Source of the DNA: Geosiphon pyriformis uo1 | Lineage: Eukaryota; Fungi; Glomeromycota | Direction of reading: 5' to 3' | DNA length: 64,000 bases | Assembly (NCBI GenBank): GCA_016748015.1 | Contig: JAAOMT010000502.1 | Location: 62,001 to 126,000 of the forward strand | Part shown: in pieces, positions 1 through 12,398 of the stretch | Layout: every line of letters starts with the position of its first letter | How positions within the stretch are numbered: the stretch's first letter is position 1 | Notes under the pieces: generated by a model | Databases searched by the model: none | The model's input: only the letters and a program-made list of their open reading frames with translations | Told to the model about the DNA's origin: nothing | Made by a program: the position numbers and the translations under genes

Positions 1-895
1 GGTTACATCGTAGCTAAAGGTGAAAAAGTAAACAAGTTCTTCCTTAAAGATAAGGTCTTTGGCATAGTACCGCATGGTGCGTATGCAGAGTAAGTGATCA
101 CCTTTCTTTTTTAGATTTCTTATCTTTCACTATTTGGTTTACTGCGCCATTTTAACACGTGAGTTTGGGAATTTTAACCACCATAGATATCTTCGTGTCA
201 ATACTGAAAAAGACGCCATCGAAGAAAAACCTGTTTCTATTACACATGAAGAAGCTGCTGGAGCACCACTTGCAGCTTTAGCAGCATGGCATTCTCTAAT
301 TGAACTTGGTAATCTTTCATATGGCGAAAAAGCAGAGGGCACCCCGAAAGTACTTATTATTGGTGGTTCTGGAGGAGTTGGTACATTCGCGGTTCAATTT
401 GCAAAAAAAGCTACTCATGCAAGCGTGACAGCTATTGCATCTGAGAAAAATGCAAACTTACTCACAAAACTCGGTGCCGAACGTGTAATCGATTATAAAA
501 CACGTGATTATGCCCAAGTTTTGAAAGATGAAAATGATTTTGATCTTGTCATTGATACTATCGGTGAAGGAGGTACCTACGAGAAAGCCAGTCATTTCTT
601 AAAGAAGAATGGTATTTTTGTCGCCGTCGCCACTGAAATCAACGAACAAAAATTGACTTATGGAGATCTTGCTAAGTTTGGTGCCACATTTATTGGTCGA
701 AAAATCTTCGGGGCAAGAACCTATAAACCACTGTTGGATATCGAACGAAAAGATTTCCCAAAACTTATTCCATATCTCGAAAGACGCGAAGTGGTAACCC
801 AAATCGGTGAAATATTTTCGCTTAAAGACGGTTCTAAAGCTCATGTATTAAGTGAATCTTTGCACTCCTCCGGCAAGATCATTCTGAAAGCATAA
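1..895 (+). CDS. MDR superfamily (zeta-crystallin/quinone oxidoreductase-like, RTN4IP1-like) NAD(P)-dependent oxidoreductase, 5'-truncated by window edge; exons <1-89, 187-895
   Basis: Splicing the GT-AG intron 90-186 gives GYIVAKGEKVNKF..KVFG..GAYAEYLRV. Downstream are EEAAGAPLAALAAW, the Rossmann motif VLIIGGSGGVGTFAVQFAK, LGAERVIDY and C-terminal SSGKIIL. Confidence 0.9.
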
Positions 896-1680
896 AGAAA
901 AGTTTACTTTGAAGTTTTGAAGGAAAGATATAATTCATATTTTTGAGATATACCCCAGGATAATTTTATTTTATTATCCCTTTACGAAAAAACAAAATTT
1001 TATCCATATTTTCATATCAAAATGATCACATTTATATCATTTCAAAATTAAAGGTAAAGGCGTAAACGTTCTTTTAAATCACTTAATAAAGTTGGTACAC
1101 GTGTAGTTTTGAGGGTGATTACATAAATTAAGCATCATATTATATTGCAGGTTTGTACCTGGTTTTGAATCTTCCATGGTTTGATTATTAAAAGATTTCT
1201 CGAGGACTTTCCTTATTTTGCTAATTACTGTCATGTAAAATGGCACGTTTTCTACTCATAGGCTAGAAAGGGGTATTATCGCTATTAACCTGTTTAGGCT
1301 AAATAAATAAAAAACGACATTGACTTTATTGCTAATTCAGCAGTTACTTATTTTTCCCCTTTTAATTCGTTGGCAGGAACAGTTTGGGAACCAACTAATA
1401 CCTAAGCATCAATCTTATTCAAAACCCTTTTTATTGCTTGATTTTTTACAACGCAAAATACTTTGAAAAATTTAAAAATTAAGACCGATTAGCTGTATAT
1501 TAAAAAATGGTTTAAAATATCAAATCAATGACGTTATTTCAATATAATTGCCCGTTGTCACATTTATATTTATAAATAATAGTAATATTAAATTTAAATT
1601 TAGAATTTATAAAGAATAACTTTTTCGAATAAGAATATTAATGTTATATTTAAATTAATTTATAATCTAAAAAGGTATTA

Positions 1681-1738
1681 TTATTGTTATTGTTATTGTT
1701 ATTGTTATTGTTATTGTTATTGTTATTGTTATTGTTAT
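1681..1738. repeat. (TTATTG)n hexanucleotide microsatellite
   Basis: About 9 perfect TTATTG units read directly. Confidence 0.95.
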
Positions 1739-4700
1739 TAATTCAAAACAAATTTAAATATATTTTGAGACATATTAGAAAATGATACTGATTAATTGAA
1801 AGAGTAATTAACTAGAAGAATGATTAATTGAAAAATAATCAATTAGAACTACAAAATAATGTTGATTAATTGCCAAAAATAATTAGCTGAAAAAATAACT
1901 GGATGAAAAAGGAATTTATTAAAAAAGATAATTAACTAAAAAATATTATTAATTATGAAAAAAACAAAAAAATTCAAGAAAATAAAAGATAATAATAAAA
2001 TAACCAACTTAAAAAAAATATTGTTTAAATATTGTTTATAAATAAACTTTTAAGATTAAATTATAATTACAAAATACTTTTTTGATAATTTTTATAGTAT
2101 TCTTTAATTTTTTTGATAAGTTTTAAATTTAAGTTAAATTTAATTATTTTTAGTTAAAAATAAAATTTTCAAATAATGCATTAATATATGAAATAAAATT
2201 ATTAAAATAAATATTTTACTTAATTGTAAAAAATCAATAATAATTAATTAATATTAAATTTCTATAAATAATTTATGTTAAATAAGTATTTATTAAATAT
2301 GATTATTTACCAGTATTAAACATTTAATACATTATATAGAATTTGGAACAATTGTTTTATTATGAAAATTTTTATTTTAAAACAATGAATAATTACTTAA
2401 TTTTAATAAAAATAAAAATATTTATATATTATAAAACTTTGGAAAATGAGATTACAAAATTTTTTTTTTACCAAAGTATATTATAAAATAGTTACATGTA
2501 AATTAATTTTTTGTAAAAAATATATTAATAAATTTTTAAAAAAAAATACGTATGAAATTTTTAATTATATTTAAAATAAATGTACCAAATAACTTGAGAT
2601 TTATTAAATGAATAATTATTAAATTTAATTGATACTTGTTATGAGATTTTAAGAAATGGTAATAAAAGCATAAAATTACAATACTGTAATATATTTTTGT
2701 TAAAAATTACATATTATTTTTCAATCTTCAGATCTTTTTAAATATTGGTTTTAATTTTTTCAAATTAATTTATTTTTTAATTTAATAAAAAACATATATC
2801 ATAATTATATAATCGAATGGCTGGCCACATTTAAAGTAAAGTTGGTTACTAAAATAGATAGTGGAAGGACTACATTTTGTTAAAGGTTCAAAAAACAATT
2901 ATAATATATATATATATATAATTTATTAGAACATATTGCAATATTTTTATAAATCAAATATCTAAAATTTTTCTCATAATAAAATTTTTTTAGAATCTTT
3001 AATCTTAAAAACATTTTTATATGAGTTAAACTAAATTTAATTTTTCAGTATATTTAAGTTTTTTGTTCATTATTATAATTGAATTATTGTGTATATTTTT
3101 TTAAATTAGAAATAAAAAGTAGTAATTAGTATTGATTAGATTAAAGAATTTATTAATAAGAAAAAAGATATTTAATATAATGCCAAAAAAATTTTGATTA
3201 TTTTTTTATTTTTATTCAATAAATAATTGTTCAAATAAACAAAATAAGTTTACTTAAGAACATTTTTCAAAAAAAAAAATTTTTTAATAATTTACTTTAA
3301 AATTTAAAAAAAAGTAAAAAGAATATATTACTAAAATCAAATAATTTTTAATTGTAATTAAGAATCGGATAACTTGTATATTAGAATTTTATGAAATATA
3401 TTTGATTTTGCTCATAATAATCACAAAGATATGCAATATTCAAGTATAAAATTATAGCATAAATTAAACTTTAAAATATCTTTCCTATTTGATCAAATAA
3501 GAGATTTCTAAGAGCTTCAACTACTGTTATATTATACATGTTAAAATATTTCAGAATTATGAAATATAAATTAGCATCTTGTCATTTAGAAATTTCGAAC
3601 TAGGAAAATTCTCTTATTATTGATTTAACTCAAATACAAGAGATTTCAAAATAAGGTTTATCGTCATAGACTGTCATTTGTTCATGGGATAATAATTTAT
3701 TTTAAAGATCCAAATAAAGAATTAAAATTCTTTTCCTAGTATGCTGAATTAAAAGTTATGTAAGATGGAAAGCTATGAAACATATTTAGACCAAAAATTT
3801 TAATTCTTTTTTCTTTCACAAACTTGAATTTTCCGAGACTAACCTTTATTTGATCTCAAATGTGAAAGAGAATCTTCGATATTTCACATTTTTTAAGCCA
3901 TCACAAGATCACAAATTATAAAACATTATCACATCACGTTACATTGAAATTCAATATTTGGATGATTCACTCGATCCAAATATATACTGAAAATTAAAAA
4001 CTTTGTGTCACATTTTTCATATTTTTTTATTACGATTACAAAATTGACAAAGATTTTTAAGTTTTGCTTGTTTAACAAAAATTTCTTTATATAATTTATG
4101 ACCTTTAAAGAAATTGTTTAGTTTTAATATTTCATGAGTCCTCTTTGTCATCCTAAATAAGTTTTCTTTAATTCTAAATTAAAACTACGAAATATTTATT
4201 TATGCAAAATAATTTGATTTAGTTTTTACGAGATAATTTGCTGTGAGAAAACTTTCAAATAAAATTGGTTGAATGTCAAAAGGCTCAAATTCTGAAACAA
4301 TTAATTTTGTTTAAAAAGCTTGAAACGTATGATTTTTAAATAGCAAATCGGAAATAGTAACGGAATTATAGATATCCTATTTTGAATATTTAAAGTTCAC
4401 ACTTTCATAATTCAATCTTTTCAGATCTTTACCCTTGTTATGTATTTATCATAAAAAAAAACTATATGACTGTGAGAAATTAAAAAACAGTGAAATAAAT
4501 TAATGAATAAAAGATGGTGATGAACGATCTGTTGATTCGCTGTTGCTAGTCAGCCTGAGAGAATGATCCGAAGTATGTTGCTATTTGTTATTTTGTTTAT
4601 ACTTTATTTTAAACAAAAAACACTAAAATTCTAAATTTCAATATACGTTCCTAGATCATATTTTTAAAATAAATCATTTTTAATTTATATCAAATAATAA

Positions 4701-5030
4701 ACTAATATATCAATTTTCGGAATATGAATATTTTCATAATTCAGGATCATCGAGGGTAATAGAAATCGCATTTCTTAACAGAAAATTTCATATCGTGAGT
4801 GAATCAAAGAGAATCATTAAATACGGCGTAAAGTTTAAAAAATGCGAAATATTTATAAATATAAAAATTAGACGGGGGTAAAAAGATAAAATTCAAAATT
4901 TTAAAATTGTCTTTTTTTCTCTTTGACATATTATCAACTAATTCCATTGACATTCAAATTTTGTTTACTGCTAAAAATTGAATTTTTACTTGGGGTAATT
5001 CAAAAAATATAAAACCTTTTTCAATACATA

Positions 5031-7255
5031 ATGAATCCAGAAACATCAGATAAAAATGAACCAATAATTTCATCTCAGCCTGCTGCTAATGATGATGATG
5101 ATAATAATAATACTGAAGTAAAAGAGAAACAGGATACAAAACCAACACTCGATATCTCCACCGTCGGTAAAAATCCAGATTCAAAAACAGCCGCTTTACC
5201 CACTTTTTGCTTGTTTGTAGCATTAGTTAGTGTAATAGGTGCTTTTGAGAATGGGTGGAATACTAGTGTCTCAAATGTACCAGGTATTTTAGCAGCGAAT
5301 TTATTGATTGAATATTTTTTAATGCTGCCAATACAATATTTTTTTGTATTTATTTTTCATCAAATCTTCTTTCTTTTTTAAAAAGAAAAAATTATTCGTG
5401 ATTGTAAAAATGGTCAAAAACATGTCAATATCGGTGTTTTACCAGATTGTTTACCAATGGAAAATTTACTCTGGTAATTTATTCAATAATTCATAATCAA
5501 ATTCTGAGAAAACTAAAAAAAAATTCTCAAATAAATTAAATAAATCGTTTAATTAGGGGATTTGCCGTGGGAAGTTACGCAATTGGTGGCCTAATTGGTG
5601 GTATCTCTGCTGGTTATTTACAAACTCGCTTTGGCCGAATTCGAACACTTGTTGGGAATAATTTTAGCTTTATTCTGGGTGCACTAATACTGGGATCTGC
5701 CGTTAATCCTGGTATGTTTATCATTGGACGCATCTTGACTGGAGTTGGGAGTGGTATTTCAACTGTGACAGTTCCGGTAAGTTTTGATCATTTGATTTGA
5801 GATTGAATTGCTGCAATTATTTGATCATGCAATCATTTTTAATTCAAAATTTTTTTTAATCATCAAAGACATACTTGGGTGAAATCGCTACGGTGAAGGC
5901 GCGAGGAGCACTTGGGACCATTTATCAATTATTTCTTGTAATCGGTATCTTGTTCACTCAAATTATCGGGCTTCTATTATCATCTGTACCTGGATGGAGA
6001 ATTCTATTAGCCCTGACGGCAATTCCAGCCTTGATTCAATTAATATTATTACGTTTTTGTGTTGAAACACCACGTTACCTCATTTCACAGAATAAATTGG
6101 ATGAAGCGCAACAGTCGTTACAACTTTTACGACCCGGATTTGATGTTACGAATGAATATAAAGAAATTTATGATGGGCAACAAGAAGCTGAAACTGTCGA
6201 ATCACGAGATCCTGAAAAAAATCCAAAAACAAAGGACCCTAAAGCTATTTCTTCCGGTGCAAGAAAATCTCTATCGTTTGCTCAACTTTTTAGAGATCCA
6301 ATGTGTAGAAAGATGACTATCATTTGTGTTACTCTATCAGCTATACAACAACTTTCCGGCATCAATGGTGTAATCTTTTATAGGTAAATCAATCATACGT
6401 TTTTCAAGATACTAGATTTATATTTGAAAAAGATTTTTAATGAATTCATGAAAATCTTTCTTTCTTTCTTCCTTTCCTTTCCTTTCCTTTCCTTTCCTTT
6501 CCTTTCCTTTCCTTTCCTTTCCTTTCCTTTCCTCTTAAGTACTTCAATATTTTCAGAAGTATTCGCGGATAATGCAAAGTATGCGACTGTAGGTGTCGGT
6601 GTAATAAATTTAATTTTTACCATGGTCTCCGTGATACTCATTGATCGGCAAGGCAGGAAACGATTATTGTTGGCTTCGGAAATCGGAATTGTAGTCACTT
6701 CAATTCTAGTTGTGCTTGGGTCGATATATTCTATAAATCTTCTTGTGGTTGTTGCAGGTAAATTAGAATTTTCCAAACTTCTATTCTCTTTTGATTAATT
6801 ATCGATTAATTTTTAATATAGATAATAATTAATTCCCTCCCATAAATTAGTACTATTATTTGTGTCATCATTTGCTATTGGTCTAGGGCCAATTCCATTC
6901 CTAATCATTCCGGAACTGTTGCCTACATATGGAGTAAGCGCAGCAGCTTCGCTGGCAATGGGTCTTAATTGGCTCAGTAATTTTTTAGTAGGTCTAATAT
7001 TCCCAGTTCTTAAAGATGCACTCAAGAATTATACATTTTTGGTATTTGCTATAATTACATCGTTTGGTGCCATTTTTACGCTGCTTTTTGTCCCGGAGGT
7101 TTGTAAATTTCTCGAATAACATTTGATATTTTCGAAAATAAGAAAAAACCTAATATAAATTTTATTTTAAAAAGACCAAAGGACGAACTCTTGAGGAAAT
7201 ACATAACGAAAATTCTAAAGATACAAAGAATTTAGATTCTCAAATGAAATCATGA
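5031..7255 (+). CDS. MST1: MFS sugar porter (monosaccharide transporter), 540 aa, 7 exons: 5031-5283, 5386-5473, 5557-5776, 5869-6383, 6540-6757, 6851-7098, 7175-7255; probably GpMST1
   Basis: Spliced CDS is 1623 nt and in frame. Sugar-porter motifs: GAFENGWNT, TRFGR, IIGRILTGVGSG, VPTYLGEIA..RG, ETPRYL, QQLSGINGVIFYS, IDRQGRK, GLGPIP..IPELLP, VPETKGRTLEEI. Six introns with several unusual acceptors agree with my recollection of the Geosiphon GpMST1 description; the symbol rests on recall. Confidence 0.93.
6455..6532. repeat. (TTTC)/(TTTCC)n pyrimidine microsatellite in intron 4 of the sugar transporter
   Basis: About 12 TTTCC units directly upstream of the AAG acceptor at 6539. Confidence 0.95.
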
Positions 7256-7572
7256 TTTCAAAGTTTTCCAATCTAATTATAATTTCTTTGTTAAAAAATG
7301 AAATCTTTGATATTCAGAATGTTTATGATCAAATACGATCAATTTTTAGGGATGTTCATAATTTAATATAATTTAACTTAAAAGATTTATTCTACTCAAA
7401 TGAAATGATTTTCTAATAATATTGGGAAATCAAAAATGTTTGAATCGGTTACTCTTTTAATTTTCAACTTTGAAACAAAAATCTAAAAATAGCATTCTTT
7501 TTATATTAATGACGAATCAAAGAAGTCAAAATCTTTTTCATCGATTCAGCAATCAATTAAATTTGATTTCGT

Positions 7573-7573
7573 A

Positions 7574-7616
<43 letters not shown>

Positions 7617-7673
7617 GGCAATAATTTTTAGAATGGAAATCCTATTTACTTATATATATATATATATATATAT
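7573..7673. repeat. (AAT)n and (TA)n microsatellites
   Basis: About 14 AAT units at 7574-7616 and about 11 TA units at 7651-7673. Confidence 0.9.
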
Positions 7674-9083
7674 CTGCTTTAATATTAACTTTGGACTATA
7701 ATTAAATTGTTAAAATTTATTTTTTTTCTGTAATCATATCAGGCTTTTAGTTTAAAAAAGCAACTTTAAATTTTTCAGTAGTGATTCAAACTTTTCAATA
7801 AAAATATGCAAAGATTTTAATAAAAATTTCTGTTTTAAATTAACATTAATTAGACTTAACTATAAAAAAAAATTGAAAATTAATTTCACAGACAAATCAA
7901 AGCTTATTAATACACTGGTTATACTACTGAAAAAATTAGAAAAGAAAGCATTTATTTTAACAATAAATAAGTAAATTATAATATTTTAAAATTATTATGT
8001 ACAATTTTAAATAAATGTGTTGAATTTTCACCAAACAAAAAACCATTAGTTTTTTAATGACTTTAAAACCATTTTGATAGTTTACTTAAATATTTTTACT
8101 GTTTACACTATGTAAACTCAATTCTGAGCATAATATTTCAGTGTCACTTTAAAGATAATAAAACTTTAATTTGATTCATTTTGTCAAATGTTTGAATTAT
8201 AAATTCAGATTTAATACATATAAATTTTTTGGTCACAATAAAAAGTTATTAATTAGCAAAGTGAAGCGCCCTAAATATGACGAACAATCTAAAAATTTCA
8301 ACCTTTTCATTTAGCTTAGATATTTTCTATTCCAGCTGAAAAACTTAACAATTTCTGAAAAAATTTAATACATTAAAACATTCAAAACAGCATATTTTTT
8401 GCAAATAATTCATCACTTTTATAGGTTATATTTTATATAAAAAATATTTTATTTTAAAAGATAGGCAAAATAAAAATATAAGAAGAAATTACATTAATTA
8501 TAAAATTAATAATAAGTGTATCTATTAATAAAACATAATATTTTTATTAAAGATGCATGATAAGTATTGTTGCTAACTTTAAAGTTTGAAAGAAAAAATA
8601 GAAATTAAAGTTTTTAAAATTTAATTTCCATCACTTTTTAGTGATTAGCTAAGGATAATAAAGATTTCTGAGAATGCTGAAATTATAAGCAAAAAGGGTT
8701 TTAGAATTTAAATCATAGCCTTTTATCGGTGGCGTCTTTGTGTACTAAATTATTTATAGTTAAACCTGTTTATTCAAGTGAAACTGATAATTGTGACCTA
8801 CATCCTACAGCATGATCGAGATTAAGTAAGAATTTACAACATTGGATTAACTCAACCAGCAAACAATGAAACATTAAACTTAGAAAATACAGGAACAACA
8901 GATTAAATATATTTTTATCACTTATGAAACTAATAATATCAATCTCATGTCCGATCACGATTGGATCATCTAAATATGATAGGTAAACAGAAAAATTAAA
9001 TGTAAAATTTCAATATACTGTATAATAATTAAATCAAAGAATCAATGAACATATAAAAATAGATAAAACTAACTTTCAGAAAA

Positions 9084-10418
9084 TTAATTCATTTTCAAAG
9101 TTAAAAGACAACTTGTATAAAGTGCTTTTTGATGAGCTGTTTTTGTTGTCGTTGTTGAGTAATTTGTTGTCACGTCGTTCTTCAACATTTCTTTTATATA
9201 CAGTTTTCTGATTCCAAAAAACTGGGAACACATAATTTTAGACACTTCACCATCCTCATGCGAATCCATAAGCTCATACATTTCTTTAATTTCCTCAAAC
9301 TTATCCCTAACTTCTCTAGCATTAGAACGATTCTCAGGATTAACATCCCAACACTTTACAATTATTTCAGCGATACAAGGGGGAATAAGGGGGGAGGTAA
9401 TTTCAGGTCTAATACACTTAGAAACAATATTTAATATGAAAGTATTATCATGAGGACGGTCATGAAAGGAGGCCTTCCGGTTGATAATTCCCATAATAAC
9501 ATGGCAAAACTATAAATATCACCAGTCGAAGTAAACTTTTCTCCTCTTATAACTTCTGCCGGAATGTATGGAATCACTCCAAATATTTCTTTCTCCTCTT
9601 TAGTTGTTGTTGCTTCATAGTTTACTGGTTGACATAATCCGAGGTCTCCAATTTTATTTCAGAAGTACTTAATTGTAGGATGTTGCCCAAGTGTAGGTCA
9701 CGATGAACCATACCAGAAGAATGAATTGAAAAAAGTCTTTCAGCTATATTCGACGCGATCTGTATTTTATTAGACCAACTCGTAGAATGAAAATTTGTTA
9801 ATAAATGTTTTCGCATGTCTCCATTTTCAGCAAACTCCATCACAATGCCATACTCGAGTGTTTCAGCGTTTTGTGTAATCCCAAATATTGGAGAGACACT
9901 ATTTAAGTACTTACAACCTTTTTTAATAAACATAACTCTTTGAATATTTAACTATCAACACTGTGTAAAAAAGTAAATAAATAGTATAAATAAATAATAG
10001 GTAAATATGAATTAATTAAAAATGAATTTTATATAAATATAAATAATAACACTTTAAACACTTCTGAACTGTTCGTTGGCATAATTTTTATTGCTACTTC
10101 TCTGTATTGTTCTTCTCATTTATATTCCATTTAATCATGATATTTTATACCTTCTGAATTAATTAATCCATCAATTAGGGTTGCTTGATAAATTATACCG
10201 AATCCTCCTCTACCAATTTCCTTGATATTCGACAAACGCTCCCATGGAATCCAAGAATAGTAATTCAATTCATTATTAAGTGGAACATAGATTGGATTCT
10301 TAATTATTTCATCAACTACTTTATTGTCGCTTGAAAAGTTCTCATAATGTTTTTCAAAAAATATGAACAAGCATGCAATTCGCTTTATTGTTTTGAATAC
10401 GGCTATCACCCATTGCAA
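9084..10418 (-). pseudogene. Tyrosine-kinase-like (TKL) protein kinase pseudogene, Glomeromycotina-expanded family
   Basis: Motifs WIPWERLSNIKEIGRGGFGIIY, REVAIK, FGITQN..YGIVMEFAENGDMR, HRDLHLGNIL, IGDLGLCQP, FGVIPYIPAEV, GDIYSFAMLLWEL, FHDRPHD and CWDVNPENR lie in different frames. There is an in-frame stop near 10131 and 1-nt frameshifts near 9652 and near 9465. Confidence 0.88.
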
Positions 10419-11399
10419 TCATGAGTTCTTTTAATTTCTTTGTTTTCCATAGTGTGAATAAAGGACAAAAGGACAAAAGGATAAAATTTTATTATTCGAA
10501 AAGGGTTTCTTTAAAGCTTTATTTGATAGTACGTTTAGAAAGTAATTTGTCTAGAGATGAGTTCTTATTTATGTTTTTCTCTATGTTCGTATGGTTTAAC
10601 AAATGTATTTATTAACCTTATATTATATTATATTTCAATTGTGTCTTACTCTTTCTTAAATATAATAAATTTATTTAGATACTGTATAAAAACTTTATTT
10701 TGGGTTTTTTAAATATTAAACCAATTTTGAAGTTATGCATTAATAATAAACATTTTATTGATGTAAATATTTTTTGGGTTTAACACTAAAACTGAAAAGT
10801 TTTATTAATGACTGTTTTTTATTTCATGTTTTTGTTAGCTTTCGGATGCTGCTTTAATTAAGTGATGATAATAAAACCGAAAGTTTAAATATTCTTTGGA
10901 CATTACACTATCCTTTGATAAAATAATGTTTGATGTTTCAGTTGAGACTTTAAATTTTTAAATTTTTATAAAAAAATAATTTTTGAAAACAGAGAATTTT
11001 GAAAGATCAACAAAAACTTTTTAAATAATATCATTGTTAATTATAATATTATTTTCAATAAGTTATATTGTATTTGTAATTTCTGATTGGTCATCTAACT
11101 AATATTAAATTTTGTTATATTGTGAGTTGTACGTGGATTTTATTTTTTCAAGTTTTTGTAAAACAAAAATATTAAATAATAAAAAAAATTATTTCAATTC
11201 TAATATTGTATATAAAAATGTATAAGATTTAATATCATTATTTCAATTTTTTATAAAGACTTTGAAATAATTTTTTTGATTAAAATGTATTAGAAAACCT
11301 TTTATCAACCATTTTTTTCATATATTTTAACATAAAATTTTAGAAATAAATAGCCAATTTGGCAATGAGATTAAATTGAAATACTCAAAATTATGAATC

Positions 11400-12398
11400 A
11401 AGTTGATTTAGTTCAAGATATATGTATATGCATCTACTTCTTCTGATGAAAAAGTAGATGCAAAATATATCTATTAGCGGATTTTTATTGCGTTTTTCTC
11501 AAACGTTGACCCTTTCTTGTAGTCCAAATCAGCAACGTGTAGGACATAAATAGGTTTTGAAAAGCCTTCCAATTTGTCTAAATATTTTTTAAAGTGGAGA
11601 AAATCATCTTTCCCTAAGACCAACAATTCTAAATTTTTTTCAGAATAATTTAAGATTCTCAAACCTGAAATGGCTTTAACTAGATTGTTTTTAACATAAA
11701 TGATGAATATTTTGTACATTCTACTCTAAAATGAAATTAGATCTCATTTTAATCCAAAAGTACAAGCATTTCTTCACTATGATAGTATTTTTTTACCTAT
11801 AATATTATATCCAAGGTACAAAATAATTCTTATTTAATACAATAAAATGAAAGTCAACGTCGAACTAAAGTACAAAAATTATGCTATTATTATCTCATCT
11901 CAATATATATCAAAGACTATTTTTGACATCAACAAAATATTCAAAAGAATGAAAAAGTGTGTGGATTCCAAGCTTTGATATCCATTTTCAACCCGAGATG
12001 TGGAACCACTTATTAAATGACAGTGTTGAGCTGTAATAGGAGGAGTCATCGTACAATCAATGGTGTCGTTAGTTAAACTTGAAGAAATTCCAGAGATCGA
12101 GGAAGGAACAATGGTGGAATTTCCATTTTCAGTCTCAACTTTATGAAATCGCCATTAATTTAAATGATCAAAAACTTGGTGAAATATTCACAATATTTGA
12201 TTATAACGATTCTCAATTTTTAAAATTCTTACCGTAGTTTTCAAGTCTATTATTTTCTAGTTCATTTTGATCTTTGTTTTGTTGTTTTATCTCATGCTTT
12301 GAATTTATTGAAGTTTCATTTGGTGGTGTTAGAAAAGCAAATAAGAGGAGAAGAGATATCGATAATAGAAGGGAAGCATAAATCAATTTTCGTGCCAT
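11400..12398 (-). pseudogene. Degenerate type-II membrane protein gene, possibly O-fucosyltransferase/CigA-like glycosyltransferase
   Basis: Signal anchor MARKLIYASLLLSISLLLLFAFL and a charged stem, then broken frames. Remnants RFHKVETENG..STIVP, IYVLHV and IYFAST resemble GFHNQRxELEN..RTLIIP, xHxR and IYxATD. Many stops; family call is weak. Confidence 0.4.

Noticed and set aside
6393-6798. ORFs with KGKER / FLSFP repeats
   Set aside because: Translation of the intronic TTTCC microsatellite.
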